A stretch of DNA of 64,000 nucleotides from Eledone cirrhosa (GCA_964016885.1 OZ024741.1:324384001-324448000); one strand, 5' to 3'; counted from the first letter of the stretch, positions 1 to 13,556 are shown. The notes: a model not told the origin generated them from the sequence alone. Numbers and translations: made by a program.

Positions 1-2310
1 TTTATTTATTTGGGACCTAAGCAACACAAAAAAGTGATTACAAGCCAGGAACAAAGAAAAAGTTTTTTTTGTTTTTTTATTATAATCAGAACATGGAAAG
101 ATTACGAAAAAACATTAGAATATTCTTTTAAAAAACTAGGCCTAGGTATCGCCTTCGAACTTAACTCTAAAAAAGCAAATTTCATAGAAGTAACTCTCAA
201 CCTAAACACAGGACTAATCGAGTCCTTCCATAAGATTAACGAAAACCTAGCCTATATTAGTTACAACTCAAATCACCCCCGATCCATAATTAACTCCATA
301 GAACATAGTATATCCCTCAGAATATCCCGCCTATCTTCGAACCTAGAAATGTTTAATGAACACGCAAACTATTATAACTTAGCTTTACATAAGGCTGGAC
401 ATAGGGAGAAGCTGCAATACATACTAGACAAAGACAACAACAAACCTAATGACACCAACACTACTCGCTCATACAGAAATAACAAGCATAGGACTAAGCA
501 TAGAATTAAACAACGAGCACCAAAAATAACCGAACAGAACACTAATAATAGGAACCCCCAAAACTATAAAAGAACCAGAGTGAGAAAGTACCTATGGTTC
601 GATCCAATTTTCAACTCCTCTATTAAAACTACCTTCTACATTCTATAAACTAATAGCTAAACACTTCCCTACACTACACAGATACCATAAAATCTTCAAT
701 AGAAAAACTATAAAACTTTCATACACTACAGCAGCCAACTTAGAATCGCACATACGTAAGATCAACCACAAAAATAACTCTAAGGAATCTATCCTACCAA
801 CGCACACCGTAGCACCAAATACAAAACACAAACACATGTCAACATCACAACCACAAACATATCAGGAGGCATCACAACAAAACATTAAAAGGCCTAAATC
901 ACAACCCACCCACAACAACTTACAAAATCGCAATGAAGAACATGCACAAAATAAAACCTCAAACTGTAATTTCCACCTACCAGATAAGTTCCCACTACGT
1001 AATAGATGCCTGGATTCGAGCATGGTATACCTGTGTACTGTGAATTCAGGCAACTCTACTTGGCACTACATAGGTTCTACAGCTGGGGCGTTTAAGAAAA
1101 GGTGGTACGTCCACAGACACTCCATGAAAAACCATGCACTGGAGAATTCTACAACGCCCGCCAATAAAATCTGGCTGCTTAAGGAATACAAGATAAGCTG
1201 GTCAAAATTTTCGGCAGCAAAAGCCTACAGCAACGGTATGTCCCACTGCGGGCTCTGTAATTTAGAACTGCTATATATTTTAAGCTACGATAAGATGCTG
1301 CTTAACAGCAAAATAGAAAGATTCATTTTTTGTAGGCATAAAATAGCTACTAGATTTACAAACTTCAAACCACCATGATTCGAACCAGCAATCCCAAAAT
1401 TAGTACTGAACCACCTAGACTTTAACATATAGAATACATACGTTCACATCGCTATTAGCTATCATACTGCCAACCGATCACAGGATTATAAATCTCTGTA
1501 CACTTATTCCACACTCTCTCCATCAACTTCATTAAGATAGAACAACCAACATCAACAACGAACGTTTATCAAATGACCCGTCAACCCATAAATAGTATAC
1601 ACCAATTAATCTATATTTTATTGTTTTCTATTTTACCGGACCCTCCACACAAATTTATCTACTTCTAAAATCTGATCTCTCATGTTAGCACCAAGGAACA
1701 CTTTCTTAAAATCTAACTCTAAGTACAATATATCACTCTTTCATTTCTTTTATTTCTTTCTATTTTCCATTTCCTCGTTTTCTTCTTATTATTATTTTTC
1801 AATGTACCCTACATTGTATCTTACTTGTCACTTTTTACACCTGTAACTTCTCTATCGATTTACCATACATGTTTTATTTTTAATTATACGCCGCTCTATT
1901 ATTGATGTTATTGTTTTGTTTTACGCTACTCCTCTATATAAGTCTTGCCTCGAGTGAATTATTTTCATATCTATGTGCTCTGATGTGTTGACAAGTGGTA
2001 AACAATCTATTGGAGATCGATTGACGCAACCTCAAGCGATTAGCGAACTCTAGACACACCTGATCAACGAAACAATTGTCAGTATTTTAAATAAAGCCCT
2101 TATTGTACAGCCAACCATGTTACTCTTCTTTCTTTAACTTTTATTACTCCAAGTATAACCTGCATAGAAATTACCGCGAACTCGCTGCATAACTATGGAA
2201 ACATCTTGTTGAGTCAAACAAAGCCGTACGTTAAAACCATCCACGACGTAGAGAACTCTAACCGAATTACCTCTAACTTGATTACCTATAACGATAACTT
2301 GTTATCCCAT
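1..2310 (+). mobile_element. Penelope-like retroelement, 5'-truncated and frameshifted (RT C-terminus/thumb + GIY-YIG, then 3' pLTR with hammerhead)
   Basis: ORF 10..648 has ANFIEVTLNL, SNHP and NLALHKAGH (RT end/thumb). ORF 836..1378 has VYLC...WHYIGST..FKKRWYVH and CGLC (GIY-YIG). Protein resembles the 62201..63592 ORF. 3' region has a TATATAA at ~1935, an HHR-like fold, AATAAA at ~2090, and ends in (TA)n. Confidence 0.9.
1975..2085 (+). ncRNA. Type-I hammerhead ribozyme variant with long stem II (core CUGAUGU)
   Basis: GTGCT-CTGATGT-GTTGA...(~70 nt)...TCAAC-GAAAC-AATT-GTC-AGTAT. Palindromic stem III ACAATTGT; A9 replaced by U. Confidence 0.6.
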
Positions 2311-3513
2311 ATATATATATATATATAAATATGTATATGTATGTATGTGTGTGTGTGTATGTGTGCGTGTGAGTATGTAAAGGTGGCATTGGGTCAAAGG
2401 GTTACAAATAAAACAGAATAAAGTAACGTTTTTTTTTACTCAGTATATATTAGAACTATCTGTTCATATACCAATTGAAAAGGATGCATTCTTCTTTAAC
2501 CGGTCTGTATGTGTGGATTGCGCATGCATGGAGCAGTCACAAAAAACACTTTCTTTGATCTAGCACATTTCTATTGTTTCTGGGTGGCGACTGAGTGTTA
2601 ATAATTAAAGTTTCTTTAATCCTTAGATCCCTTCCATTCTTTTCCGTCGCATTATGGTGACCTCAAAGTCTCGGCATTTGTCAAGCTGTTTTTTTGACAG
2701 AGGAAGCCTTTGACCTGAATGTCTAAAATCCGGACAGGGCTTCTAATACACGAAAAACCACATCACCAACATATGACCTTACAGATCACAGACGTTCTCA
2801 TGCACCCTTCTGCGTTGTTGATGAGACAGTTAGGATGTGTGCATATAACGTTGTGTGAAGGTTAGCGTTTGAAGAATAGTCACCCCAGGGAGTCTCCCGA
2901 GTGCGCCAGTTGTGTGCCCAGACCCTCCTTACGGATAGCTTGTCAGGTGGCAGCAGTTGCCTTCTCATAGAAATGTGGCAGCTTTAGATAGCATATGCTA
3001 TCTCAAGGATCATGCGTCTTCCTTGGAATCTTGACATTTAGTGAGAGACGTTGGGTAGCCGTTCTCGATGATACATGTGTAGTAATCTTGCATATTGCTG
3101 CATTTGTCATTCCCTCTGCTGCATATGTTGCATATCCAGGAGATCGCATTCCATACATGAGCCATGAAAAAAACCCTAAAGAAAAGAACTAATTTCTAAG
3201 AGCTGATGGGAATTATTAGAATTTTTCTTGAAAGGAACTAAGAAATAAGTGAAAATAGTCACGAAAACTCAATACTGATACTAATACTAATATATATAAT
3301 ATAAATATAAATATTTATAACTAAATAAATATTTGAAAAGAATTATAATTAAAACGAATTCAAAAGAAAAAAGCTAGAGAGGAAATTGGTTCTGAGAACA
3401 CGGTTAAACCAAACATTAGTTAATGCTTATCTGAGAATCTGAGAAATGAAAAAGCAAAATAATAAAAGGAATAAATAAAAGGAACTATTTGTCCTTAAGT
3501 TGAAATTTCTCCC

Positions 3514-3540
<27 letters not shown>

Positions 3541-3544
<4 letters not shown>

Positions 3545-3803
3545 GAAGTTCTATTTAAATTGTTGGGATACAACAAGCAAATATTTTTATAACTGATATA
3601 AAGCACTCAACAAATTATTGGAGTAAAAATACGATATATTAACAAATGGAAACTATATTTATAAAACCATATTTATTTCATTATACATATTTCAAGGACA
3701 CCAAGTTAAATTATGGTGTGCTTTCATCCGATAAAATATAATATAGAGCAGTTTTATGAATAAATATTGACATACCCTTAAAGAATGCGACCATTTCTGT
3801 TGG

Positions 3804-3805
<2 letters not shown>
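3541..3805 (-). mobile_element. Non-coding HHR-bearing cassette (same family as 40335-40770) between microsatellites; HHR at 3674-3738 with mutated core CGGATGA
   Basis: Minus strand: TATTTTAT-CGGATGA-AAGCACACCA...TGGTGTCCTT-GAAATATGTATA-ATGAAATA. Flanks align by eye with 40335-40570. Confidence 0.7.
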
Positions 3806-3887
<82 letters not shown>

Positions 3888-3964
3888 TATATATATTTAT
3901 ATATATATATATTCCGACATTATTATTAATACCAACGAACATGCCGATGTTGCTGTTGTTGCGG

Positions 3965-3993
3965 CTACTACTACTACTACTACTACAACAACA

Positions 3994-4049
<56 letters not shown>

Positions 4050-4053
4050 AACA

Positions 4054-4118
<65 letters not shown>

Positions 4119-4158
4119 AACAACTACTACTACTACTACTACTACTACTACAACAACA

Positions 4159-4208
<50 letters not shown>

Positions 4209-4248
4209 AACAACTACTACTACTACTACTACTACTACTACAACAACA

Positions 4249-4301
<53 letters not shown>

Positions 4302-4341
4302 AACAACTACTACTACTACTACTACTACTACTACAACAACA

Positions 4342-4397
<56 letters not shown>

Positions 4398-4404
4398 AAC
4401 AACA

Positions 4405-4444
<40 letters not shown>

Positions 4445-4462
4445 TTGCTACTACTACTACTA
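3965..4462. repeat. (CTA)n microsatellite with CAA interruptions, preceded by (CT)n/(TA)n
   Basis: Direct reading; the overlapping poly-L/S/V ORFs are artefacts. Confidence 0.98.
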
Positions 4463-4739
4463 ATGATGATGATAATAATAATGATTTCATTTATTGGCCA
4501 CAAGGGCCGACATATAGGGACAATACAAAAGACTGGGACAGTCTTACAGAAAAATAGAGTAAACAATATGAATCACAATAACAAAGTAACAATAAAATTA
4601 CAAGAAAAAATTCCCCAATAGCGGGGATGACCACCCAGGGTTCTCTCAGGTACCCCACCAATTCTGAACGACCCGACGCTTCGAAAGCACCCTAGAAGGG
4701 CACTCCTCTCCTTCTTAAAATTTACCTACCTACAGCCGC

Positions 4740-7700
4740 ATGACCAGAGTAGGTCTACTCACACGGGCCATTCTCGCCACATTCGCCCACCTTTCAGAAA
4801 ATGTACTGGGGGGGGGGGGGCAGCACTTCTCTCTCCACCCTCACCTGCCTTTCCAAGTGAAACTTGAAAATGTTGACGAGGGATTGGCCGAAGAGAAAAG
4901 TGTCTGTCTTCAGTCCTTTCAACCTCGTCCACCATACAACCTCTTTCGCTACTGCCACCAGACAGAGGAAAATTTCCTGCCCTTCCTGGCCAAAAGAAGG
5001 CGGCGGGTAGATCTTCACTATGCACTCGGCCGATAGCCGGATTCGTTCTACACGCGACAACAGCTGTTCAACATAACTCTACAAGTCAGTAATGCACGGA
5101 CACTGGAGGAGTGCGTGCAGAACGGTTTCGTCGCTCTGCGCGCATCTTGGGCAGGTCCGTCTGACAGCACTACCGTGCCTGTAGAGTTTATCTCGAACCG
5201 GCAGGCCCCCTGGTAGCACTGCCAAGCGAGGGATTTTTTGAAATTATCCATCGTTCCCGGCTCGAAAGTCCTCCGGAACAAACTGTTTATTTCGACTTCG
5301 TCGACTCCCAGAGCCTCTCCGAGTGCGTCGTCGCACTTCCCACCACTAATCCTCTATAGAACACGAGAGTGGAAGTTCCACTGACCGCATTGCCCGCCTG
5401 GTAGAGGGCAGTGAGTGCCTGGCAATATTCCAGATGCCAGTCACCCAGTATCGGTCTCTTCTTGACCCAGGACTGCAGCTCAGTCAAAGAAACGAGCTGC
5501 GGAAAAGCCCGTCTGACAAACGGCGACCACACCTGTTCACCGTTTAGGCAGAATATCTGGAGATGCCGGAGTCTCAGCGCGTGTCTGCGCATCATTAGCC
5601 TTGGCATGCCCAGCCATCCAGATAGAGGGTGCTGGCAGCAGATGGACCACCTCACCAACGCAACCTGACCCCTCCACAAGAATTTGAAGAGGAGCCGCTC
5701 CAAGATGGCGAGGCGCGAACGGGGCAAGGGACGATGGTCAGACGGTAGTAGATGACGGACGCGATGTACGCGTTCGCCACCTCCACCCGACCTTTCATTG
5801 ATGGCTTCCTCCCAGCCCATTTCTGGGTGAGACTGACTACCCTGCCCGTCACCTCGTCCTAATTCTTATCCACCTGGAGGTCTAGCCCGAACCACACCCC
5901 GAGCAACTTTACCGGTGCGTCCAGCGCCTAACGACGCTGTTTGACGGCATGGACTTGCCTCTCCAGGTGCCGAGTTGCAAGCCCACCGACTTTTCCGGGT
6001 TAAGTTTTGCTCCCGTCAACCTTTCATATTCCTCCAATAAGTTGCCGACCACCTCGATTTCTGAGGTGACCGACACCATCACGGTGATGTCGTCCGCATA
6101 AGCCGACACAGCCTTTCCGCGTCCCGGTTCGAGCGAGATGCTCTGCAACAGCTCCAGCTTCTGCAGTAAAGGCTCGAGAGTCAATACGTACAGAAGGGAG
6201 GAGAGAGGGCACCCTTGACGGACCGATCAGGAGACCTGAAACGGTTCCGAGAGGTGGCCATTAACTTTGACCACCGAGCAGTTGCCGCTGTGCATTGCAG
6301 CGATCCAGCTTCTGAATACGGGGCCAAAGCCAGCCGCCTTGATGACAGCCTCCAGGTACCGATGGTCGGCCCTATCGAATGCTTTCGATTGATCTAAATT
6401 GATCAGAGCCCCAACAAATCCAGGTTTACACCCTACCCTCTCTATGATGTCTCGCATTAGATGGAGGTTGTCGTGTATGAACCTGGTTGGGATTGTGCAA
6501 GTTTGCGCCTCTCCAACCAAATCCCCGACGATAAGAACCAACCTCTTCGCTAACACCCTGGCCAAAATCTTAAACTCTGCGTTGAGCAGAGTTATGGGCC
6601 TGAAATTGTCTAATGTGTTCCTCTTGTTCTCGTCTTTCCTTATCAGCGTCACTACGCTCCGGCGCACAGAACTGGAAATAGTCCCGTTTTGCTGCAAGTT
6701 GCAGCAGAGGGCTTCGAGGAGATTGGAGAACAAGTCTGGCATATTTATGTAAAGCTCGTAGGGCAGACCATCCAAACCGTGTGACTTGCGCTTCATGGAG
6801 CTGACAAGGGCATCCTGAATCTCGGCTGAAGTAATTGGCCTTTTGCAGCGCCCAGCGTCAGCCGTCGAGAGTTGCAGCAAGCCATCGAGGTAGGGACTGA
6901 AGTCCGCCACCGTCTCTGACCCGCCACTTCCCACGAACAACCGAGAAAAATGTTGGCGAAAGGCCTCACACATCCGCTTGGAATCGCTCAGCTCGTGTCC
7001 GTCTCAGTCCGACAAAAACCGAATCGTGGTTTTATTACCACGCTGCGCCTCTGCTACGCGGGCCCATCGAACAGCTTTGGTTCCCTCGTTTCTCAGAGCA
7101 CGCGCCTTAGCTCTGACAATGCAACCTTCGTGTTTCGCATTGAAGAAATGGTCTAATGCCATTCTCGCCGCTCGCACGTCAGTTACAATGCCACGACCAA
7201 TAGCCTCGTCTAACTTATCTACCAACTCCCCCTCCTTTCTATTTTTCTCTAACGCTACTTCTTTGCTAAACTCTATCGACATTACTCTAATCTCTCTTTT
7301 GAGAGCCCCCCACCATCTATTGTTGACGACTCCCCCTGTCAGCTTTTTCTTAACTAAATTGTTGACCTGGTCCCTGTAAGCCTTACGTGCCGGAAATGAC
7401 ATGTTTAGCTTCCAGTAACCAGGTCCTAACCTACGCGTCTTATGTAGGTCGACCATACAGATCACAAAGTTGTGATCTGAATAGGCGACCGTTTTAAAAC
7501 ATGAACAGCTTACACTATTTCTGTTTATTTTTCTAATGAATATCCTGTCTATATACGATCTAGATGACCCTATGCGATTAGTCCAGGTCCACACTGGCGC
7601 ATTAGTGAAATCTAGTCGGTACCGCTCAGACAGTTGGAATTGGCTGATCAGGTTCTTGAGGCTTTTGCACCCCCCCACCCTCGCTCCTATCGGATACTCC

Positions 7701-8158
7701 CGCACAGACCCAGCGTGCGTCTAAGATGCCGTTCCAGTCCCCCGCTAACAGTAAAGGGCGAGACGTACACACAAAGCCTTCCAGGAGTCTAAAGAAGTCC
7801 AGCCGTCTTGCCCCAGTAGGGGCATAGACGGCCACCAGTCTAAAGGCACCACCTTCGTTATTGTTCACGTCCAGGACCTCCGACTTCCCGTCCGGGTCCC
7901 GGAAGATCGACCTCACCTCGAGATCCAGGCCTTTCCTAAATAGCACTGCCACCCCGCCTCCCATTCCCGACCGGCTAACAGATGCAAAGATCTGATAGTC
8001 GTCGAAAATGGGGGCAGTGCGCGCGTGTCGGAAATCCTGGTCTCGCTGACGACAATTACATCCATTTCTAGAGACCTGAGGTCGTTGAGCAGGTGACCCT
8101 GCTTCCAAGACGATCCCAGGCCTCGAACATTTAAACTTCCTACTCTTAATACGGCCAT
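4740..8158 (-). pseudogene. Disrupted LINE ORF2 (AP endonuclease + reverse transcriptase)
   Basis: Motifs are spread over ORFs 7913..8158, 7626..8108, 7004..7705, 6227..6973, 5909..6184 and 5287..5820. Confidence 0.9.
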
Positions 8159-8190
8159 GTTGGCAGGTTAAAAAGAGAGAGAGGAAAGGT

Positions 8191-10163
8191 TTACTTACCT
8201 TCCGGGCTCTTGTGAAGGTCGAGTGGTTCGACCTCCATAGTTGGTGGGGTTTCTTTTGGGAACCCCTTTAAAAGTCTTGAAGAGGGTTTTACGTTCGGGG
8301 TTCCCACGTCCCGAGGAAAGCTGTCTCTTATCTCTTTGTATAAATCGAGCGACATTCGCACCAGAAACAAATCTTCCGGCACACGAAATGTGCTCGATTT
8401 AAAAATTTCCCCCTCTTTTTGTATATTTTCACTTCGTGCTACGAGGGCCATCCGTTCCTTGTTGGCCCTCCTGACGAGCACGAAGTTTTGTATGTTTTGT
8501 TGGTGTGATTTTATTTGTTTTCGTGGTTGTGGTGGAGATGCTTTTGGTGGTGTTGTTTCGGTTTTGTCTGTGTGTGTTGTGGGTGCGGTGTCTGTGGGTT
8601 CAGATGGTTTTGTGTGTATTTGTTCTTGCATCTGTTTCAGTTGTTTGCGTTTGGGGGATTCTGGTGATGGTGATGGTGGTGTTGATGTTGATGTTATTGG
8701 AGAGATGTTTGCGTGGGTGATGTCTGCATTTTTTTATTGTGGGTGATTTTGTGCTTTGTTGACTTTCTTTTTCCTTTTTGTGTTTCCTTTTTTGTATTTT
8801 GGGTGATTTTGGTTTTCCCTCATCTTCACTGCTGGTAGATGAGGGGTCTGTGTCTGTAAGTGTGTCTGTGTGTGTGTTTATATTTTTATTGGTGTGTGTA
8901 TTTTTTTTTGGGGGGGGGGGGGGGGGATTTGACAACTTTCGTCGTTTCCCCCCTGGGTGGTCAATGTTGGTGGTGGTCTTTCTATTGTTGTTGTTGTTGG
9001 TGGTTTTGCCGGTGCTGGTGTTGGTTGTGGTTCTCGCCTCGGCCTCGACAGCAGTGGAGCCTTTCGACCCCTTACATCTTTCAGCAGTTGAGGGCAGAAG
9101 GCTCGCAAATGGGTTTTTGCCCCCCACAAACAAAACAATGCGGCCTTTTTTTCTCGGTCATAAAATGAATGACCGTCCCATTCTGAAGGCGGATGTGGTC
9201 CGGGATTATCTCCAGGTCAACCCCGGACCAGTCCTCTGTGGCAGTTCTTGTCACTTCTATCGGGACGGTATCCGTGCCCTCCACAATCACCCATCCTAGA
9301 AGCCACCACATGTCAAGTCCTGGTGGTATTCAGTGAATTCGGAGACCTGCCATTCTTTTTCCCATGTGGTAGGTGTACATTATGACCTTGCTGGTTTTGC
9401 AAGGAGTCATAGCGTGTTTCATAGCGAGAGCTTCTGACTTAAACAGCACCGAAATGGTGCCGTACTGTCAGCCCCTCTCTATGTATTCGGTGTCATCCCT
9501 GATGCACCTCAGCGCAACTTCGATATCTGCTTGTGGAATTAAAGCTGCCCTTTTGGTTTGTGCTGAGATGCATCTATAATGAACCGTTCTGCGCTCCACC
9601 GCCTCAATAGCTTCTACCGGGACAGTTAAGTTGGCCCAGGTTTGCTCTTGCTTGATGAGCTTCCAGGCCTGGGCCAACTTTTCATTTTTGTTTGAGAGGT
9701 CCATGTTGAAGCATAGCCTCTTTTTAGCTGCTGCCGCAGCGAAAGTGCTCTTCTTGTTGTCGTTGGTGGTGTTGGTGTTCTTGTCGTTGTTCTTGTTGGT
9801 GTTGTTGTTGTTATCACTATCGCTGTTATCATTGTTATCTTTGGTGCCGCCGTTGTTCTCGGTGCAGTTGATATTGTTGCTGTTGGTGTTGTCGCTATTT
9901 GTTTTCATGTTAGTGGTTTTGATATTGTTGTTGCATTTATTGTCATTATTTCTGTTATCTGTATTTTGGTTGTCACTGTTATTGTCATTTTTTTCAAAAT
10001 TAGAGTTCTCAGTGTTGTTATCATTGCTGTCTTTGTTCACGTTGTTTGTGGTGGTGTTTGTTGTATCAATTTCTGTTAATTTGGCTGTAGCGCTCCTCTC
10101 AACTTTTACGTCACTGTCGCACGACAGCAGATATATCGCGGGGGGGGGGGTCAAAAGGCCCAA
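8191..10163 (-). pseudogene. Disrupted LINE ORF1 (Asn/Thr-rich N-terminus, remnant CxxC knuckle PHCFVCG)
   Basis: ORFs 9468..10163, 9081..9311, 8600..9133 and 8191..8631 lie directly upstream of ORF2 on the same strand. Confidence 0.7.
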
Positions 10164-10314
10164 ATATTATACTTTCCCCTTCACAGGGCAAAGTCCAAGG
10201 GCTTGTATGCCTTACACAACAACAACAAATTCAATAAATAAGTTTTGGCAGGTAAATAAATAAACTTACGAGAGCGAGCAAAAAGACGTCCGTTCAGACT
10301 CAATAATAATAATA

Positions 10315-10635
10315 ATAATTGTTTCTAATTTTGGCACAAGGCCAGCAATTATCTAGGTGCATTACTGGTACTTTATTTTATCGACCTCGTAAGGATGAAA
10401 GACAAAGTTAACTTCAGTAGGGTTTGAACTTAGACCATAAAGGGCCATAATTCTACGCTGCAAAGCATATTGTCTGACGCTCTACCAACTCTCACAACCC
10501 ACAATAATAATAATAATAATAATGTTTCTTATATCGACACAAAGCCAGCAATTTTGGGGGAGGGGAATGTCAATTAAATCGACCCCAGTGCATTACTGGT
10601 GCTTTATTTTATCGACCCCGTAAGGATGAAAAGCT
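10315..10635 (-). mobile_element. Two copies of tRNA-derived SINE family A (one partial) separated by (AAT)n
   Basis: Reverse complement of the 13842-14030 SINE (ggcacaaggccagcaatt...actggtactttattttatcgacc). Confidence 0.85.
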
Positions 10636-11201
10636 AATAATAATAATAATAGGCTGTAAATGAAGAGTGTAAGATATTGTGAGACATTACCATCCAGTGC
10701 GACCAGACAGTCATGCATGTACCTTTTGAGTTTTGTTTCAGAAATTAAGCTTGCGTTTCTAGCCTATTAACCAACCGTGTAGTGGTGATCTGGGAAAATA
10801 ATATATGAAACGTTGAGGCGAAATAGAAAGTTTGACAGCAAATGACCTGTAGCCTGAATTCTATTTATATTAAGATTATCCAGTACAGATAAAAAAAAAA
10901 ATGTCTTTAATAGGATTATATCGGATGTTATATAATTTTAGAGTTTCAAGGATAATCCTCCAGCGTACAGGAATTATAGCCAGCAAAGGAATTACATATT
11001 ATGGAGATATAACATCGAATTGCATTTAAATTGCCAAGGGGATATCCCACATATATAAAAGATGGCCATAAAGAAGTCACAGAGAACTGTTGTAGAATTA
11101 GATTCAGATAGGACCATAATACACAAATCCTAATTCTCCCTCTGACCCTATCGATCTCTTTCTCTCTCTGCCTCATATCTATCAATTTTTTCTATCAGCC
11201 T

Positions 11202-11263
<62 letters not shown>

Positions 11264-11840
11264 TTCTCCCTCTATGAGTAGATAGCCTTAAGAATCGTGA
11301 TATCAAAGCCAAAGGCTATATACAGCGTGTTAATATATTTAGCAAAGATTAGCGTTAGTGTTTGAACAGGTGGTGGATGGCAGAATCAGTAGAACGACGG
11401 TTGAAAGAAATTATCTTTCAAATCCAGCTGAGCTAAACTTTGTCTTTCATTGTTCTAGAGTCAAGAAAATTAGTAGCAGTCAAATACTGAACATATCCGC
11501 TCTTCACAGCACAAGAAGGTGTTTGTAGTAATATACCTATGGGACAGGGTATGTGACTAAACTGTTATTTTGAACAACAGATGCAGTCTATTCCAACGGT
11601 ATCTTACAGTTACTATCTACACGATTTCAACCACAACGCTTGCAAATAAATGACACTTATGCAAGATTCAGTATAGCGGAATACAGCTACGGTGCTCATG
11701 ATTGCAGAGTGGGGCTTTCTCACTCATGTTAAAAAAAACTCCTGCCTGGTTGACCTTCACCACTTTCTCTTTGGTTTCGGTCATGTCAGGGGTGTAGCCC
11801 TACTAACCACGCTTGGCCAATTGCGGATTGGCCCATAGTT

Positions 11841-11912
<72 letters not shown>

Positions 11913-11913
<1 letters not shown>

Positions 11914-12236
11914 TATGTTGGTTGTTTACCGACACCTCAGTTTGCAGATTGGAACACTCGACGAAGTTCGCAGGTTGGTTTGTTTACTCCGGAGAAATGT
12001 AAAATAATTAAGTCAAATATGTAAAATTTGGCTTCGTTTATTATAAATTATAGTGTTGAAGAGTGTTTTACGGAATAAAACACACTTCAACAACATGTGT
12101 ACCTGTCTTTCCCACACCAATTCGGAGTGCCTGAAGAGGTCACAGCCAATGATGGCTGTCACCGAAATATATATAGCAGTATATCTATAATTTATAATAA
12201 ACGAAGCCAAATTTTACATATTTGACTTAATTATTT
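11913..12236 (+). mobile_element. Non-coding fold-back HHR cassette in (TA)n; ~51-bp inverted repeats 12002-12052 / 12185-12236
   Basis: Inverted arms read directly; homologous to 13217-13450. Confidence 0.8.
12126..12180 (+). ncRNA. Minimal type-I hammerhead ribozyme
   Basis: TGC-CTGAAGA-GGTCACAGCCA-ATGA-TGGCTGTCACC-GAAATATATATA-GCA: intact core, AUA cleavage triplet, palindromic stem III. Confidence 0.88.
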
Positions 12237-12802
12237 CATATATATATATTCTATCCATCTGCTCGTTTTCGATCGTTTACGACATGTTTCACACATGTCG
12301 TAAAACTCTTTTGGTTTCGATCGTTTATGACATATTTCACACATGTCGTAAAATTCTTTTAGATTATCTCCCTTTCTCTTCTCCCTCTCACTTCCGGATG
12401 CTCCGTCTCTCTCTCTCTCTCTTACCCTCACGCTGTTGTGATCGCACGGAACAACATAGCTTCTAGTTATTTCACTACAAGATTTAAGTCTAATCGGTTC
12501 GTTGTAACTTATTCTATTTTTTCCTCGGTTACTCACTTGCATGTTCCATTGTCCAATGCCCCCACGCTCCATTCTGTTTGTTTACTTCGTTTTTCCTCTT
12601 TCTTTTTTCCTCTTTCTTCCCCTCTCTTCACTATTTTTTTCTTTTCTTTCTCTCATGGTCTTTTGATCGATAAAAGGCCTTGGGCACGCTGCTGATCGCT
12701 TTCGATGTCCTGTTTTAAGATGAAGGGTTTCTTCTCTTGTTTCGTCAATTTTACCATCTTAAACTTTGTTTACAGTAACCACACAGCCAGCTTCGTTCCT
12801 TG

Positions 12803-12877
<75 letters not shown>

Positions 12878-13005
12878 AAAAAGCGGAGTTTACGACTCGC
12901 GTTAATCCCTTGTAATTTAATGAGCTCAAGGGATAAGTACCGGGCTACCCATAATATAGTATATAGAGAAGAAAACACAAAAAGGGTATATATATATATA
13001 TATAT

Positions 13006-13185
13006 GAAAAGATTCAGGACTCCGATGGCTGAGATCTAATATAGCTAGTTCGGATTTAGCTGTCGAAAGAGCTGGAGCTCAGCAGTTGGGATCCTGAATC
13101 TTTTCATATTACCCACTCTACTACCCCAAGTATCGAGTTCTCTAGTGGGTTATGGTACACCTGGTATCTTATCACACCCTCTGTG
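13006..13185 (+). mobile_element. Fold-back remnant of a PLE 3' end (HHR 3' half + ~80-bp terminal module)
   Basis: GAAAAGATTCAGGA...TCCTGAATCTTTTC inverted repeat. ttagctgtcgaaagagctggagctcagc resembles 29136-29165, and is followed by the tattacccactctactacc module also seen at 24385-24465 and 48255-48335. Confidence 0.65.
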
Positions 13186-13352
13186 ATATATATATATATA
13201 TATATATTTTGAGTTTATGTTGGTTGTATACCAACACCTCAGTATGCAGGCTGGAGCACTCGACGAAGTGCGCAGGTTGGTTTGGTTACACCGGAGTAGT
13301 GTAAAATAAAGTTAAATAAAAGTCAAATGATTAAAATTTAGCTTCGTTTATT

Positions 13353-13407
13353 ACTGCTATATATATTTCAGTGACAGCCATCTTTGGCTGTGACCTCTTC
13401 AGGCAGT
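13353..13407 (-). ncRNA. Minimal type-I hammerhead ribozyme (within cassette 13217-13450)
   Basis: Minus strand: ACTGC-CTGAAGA-GGTCACAGCCA-AAGA-TGGCTGTCACT-GAAATATATATA-GCAGT; perfect 5-bp stem I. Confidence 0.9.
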
Positions 13408-13478
13408 TTGAATTAGTATGGTATAGACAAGTACATATGTTGTTGAGGTGTATAATATTGTCAATACTCTGATATGCC

Positions 13479-13556
13479 CAGTTCCTGGTTGGGTTGTTAT
13501 TTCACTGAGGAACTGGAGTCAGTTCCTCAGTGAAATAACAATCTAACAAGGAACTG
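13479..13556. repeat. ~37-bp-arm hairpin (inverted repeat) with GAGT loop
   Basis: cagttcc...ttgttatttcactgaggaactg-gagt-cagttcctcagtgaaataacaa...ggaactg. Confidence 0.85.

Larger units (their letters stand above)
4484..10301 (-). mobile_element. Full-length but degenerate L1/Tx1-type LINE (ORF1 + APE-RT ORF2)
   Basis: ORF2 starts at 8158 (MAVLRVGSLNVRGL) with APE motifs YAP, GDWN, IDRIF and SDH, and RT motifs NFRPITLLNAEFKILA, LDQSKAFDR and YADDI. Multiple frameshifts and stops. ORF1 pieces span 10163..8191. AATAAA at ~4490; both ends abut (AAT)n-type repeats. Confidence 0.92.

Noticed and set aside
3785-4621. Long ORFs (278, 243, 197 aa), and similar ones at 35523-37163, 50610-52022 and 53416-55372
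   Set aside because: They are translations of micro/minisatellites lacking stop codons and contain no domain content.
9631-10263. Hydrophobic 210-aa ORF resembling a membrane protein
   Set aside because: It is the antisense reading of the AAC-rich LINE ORF1.
12260-12355. Two 48-bp repeats with a GAAACATGTC-like HHR 3' half on the minus strand
   Set aside because: No CUGANGA partner found; only local hairpins.
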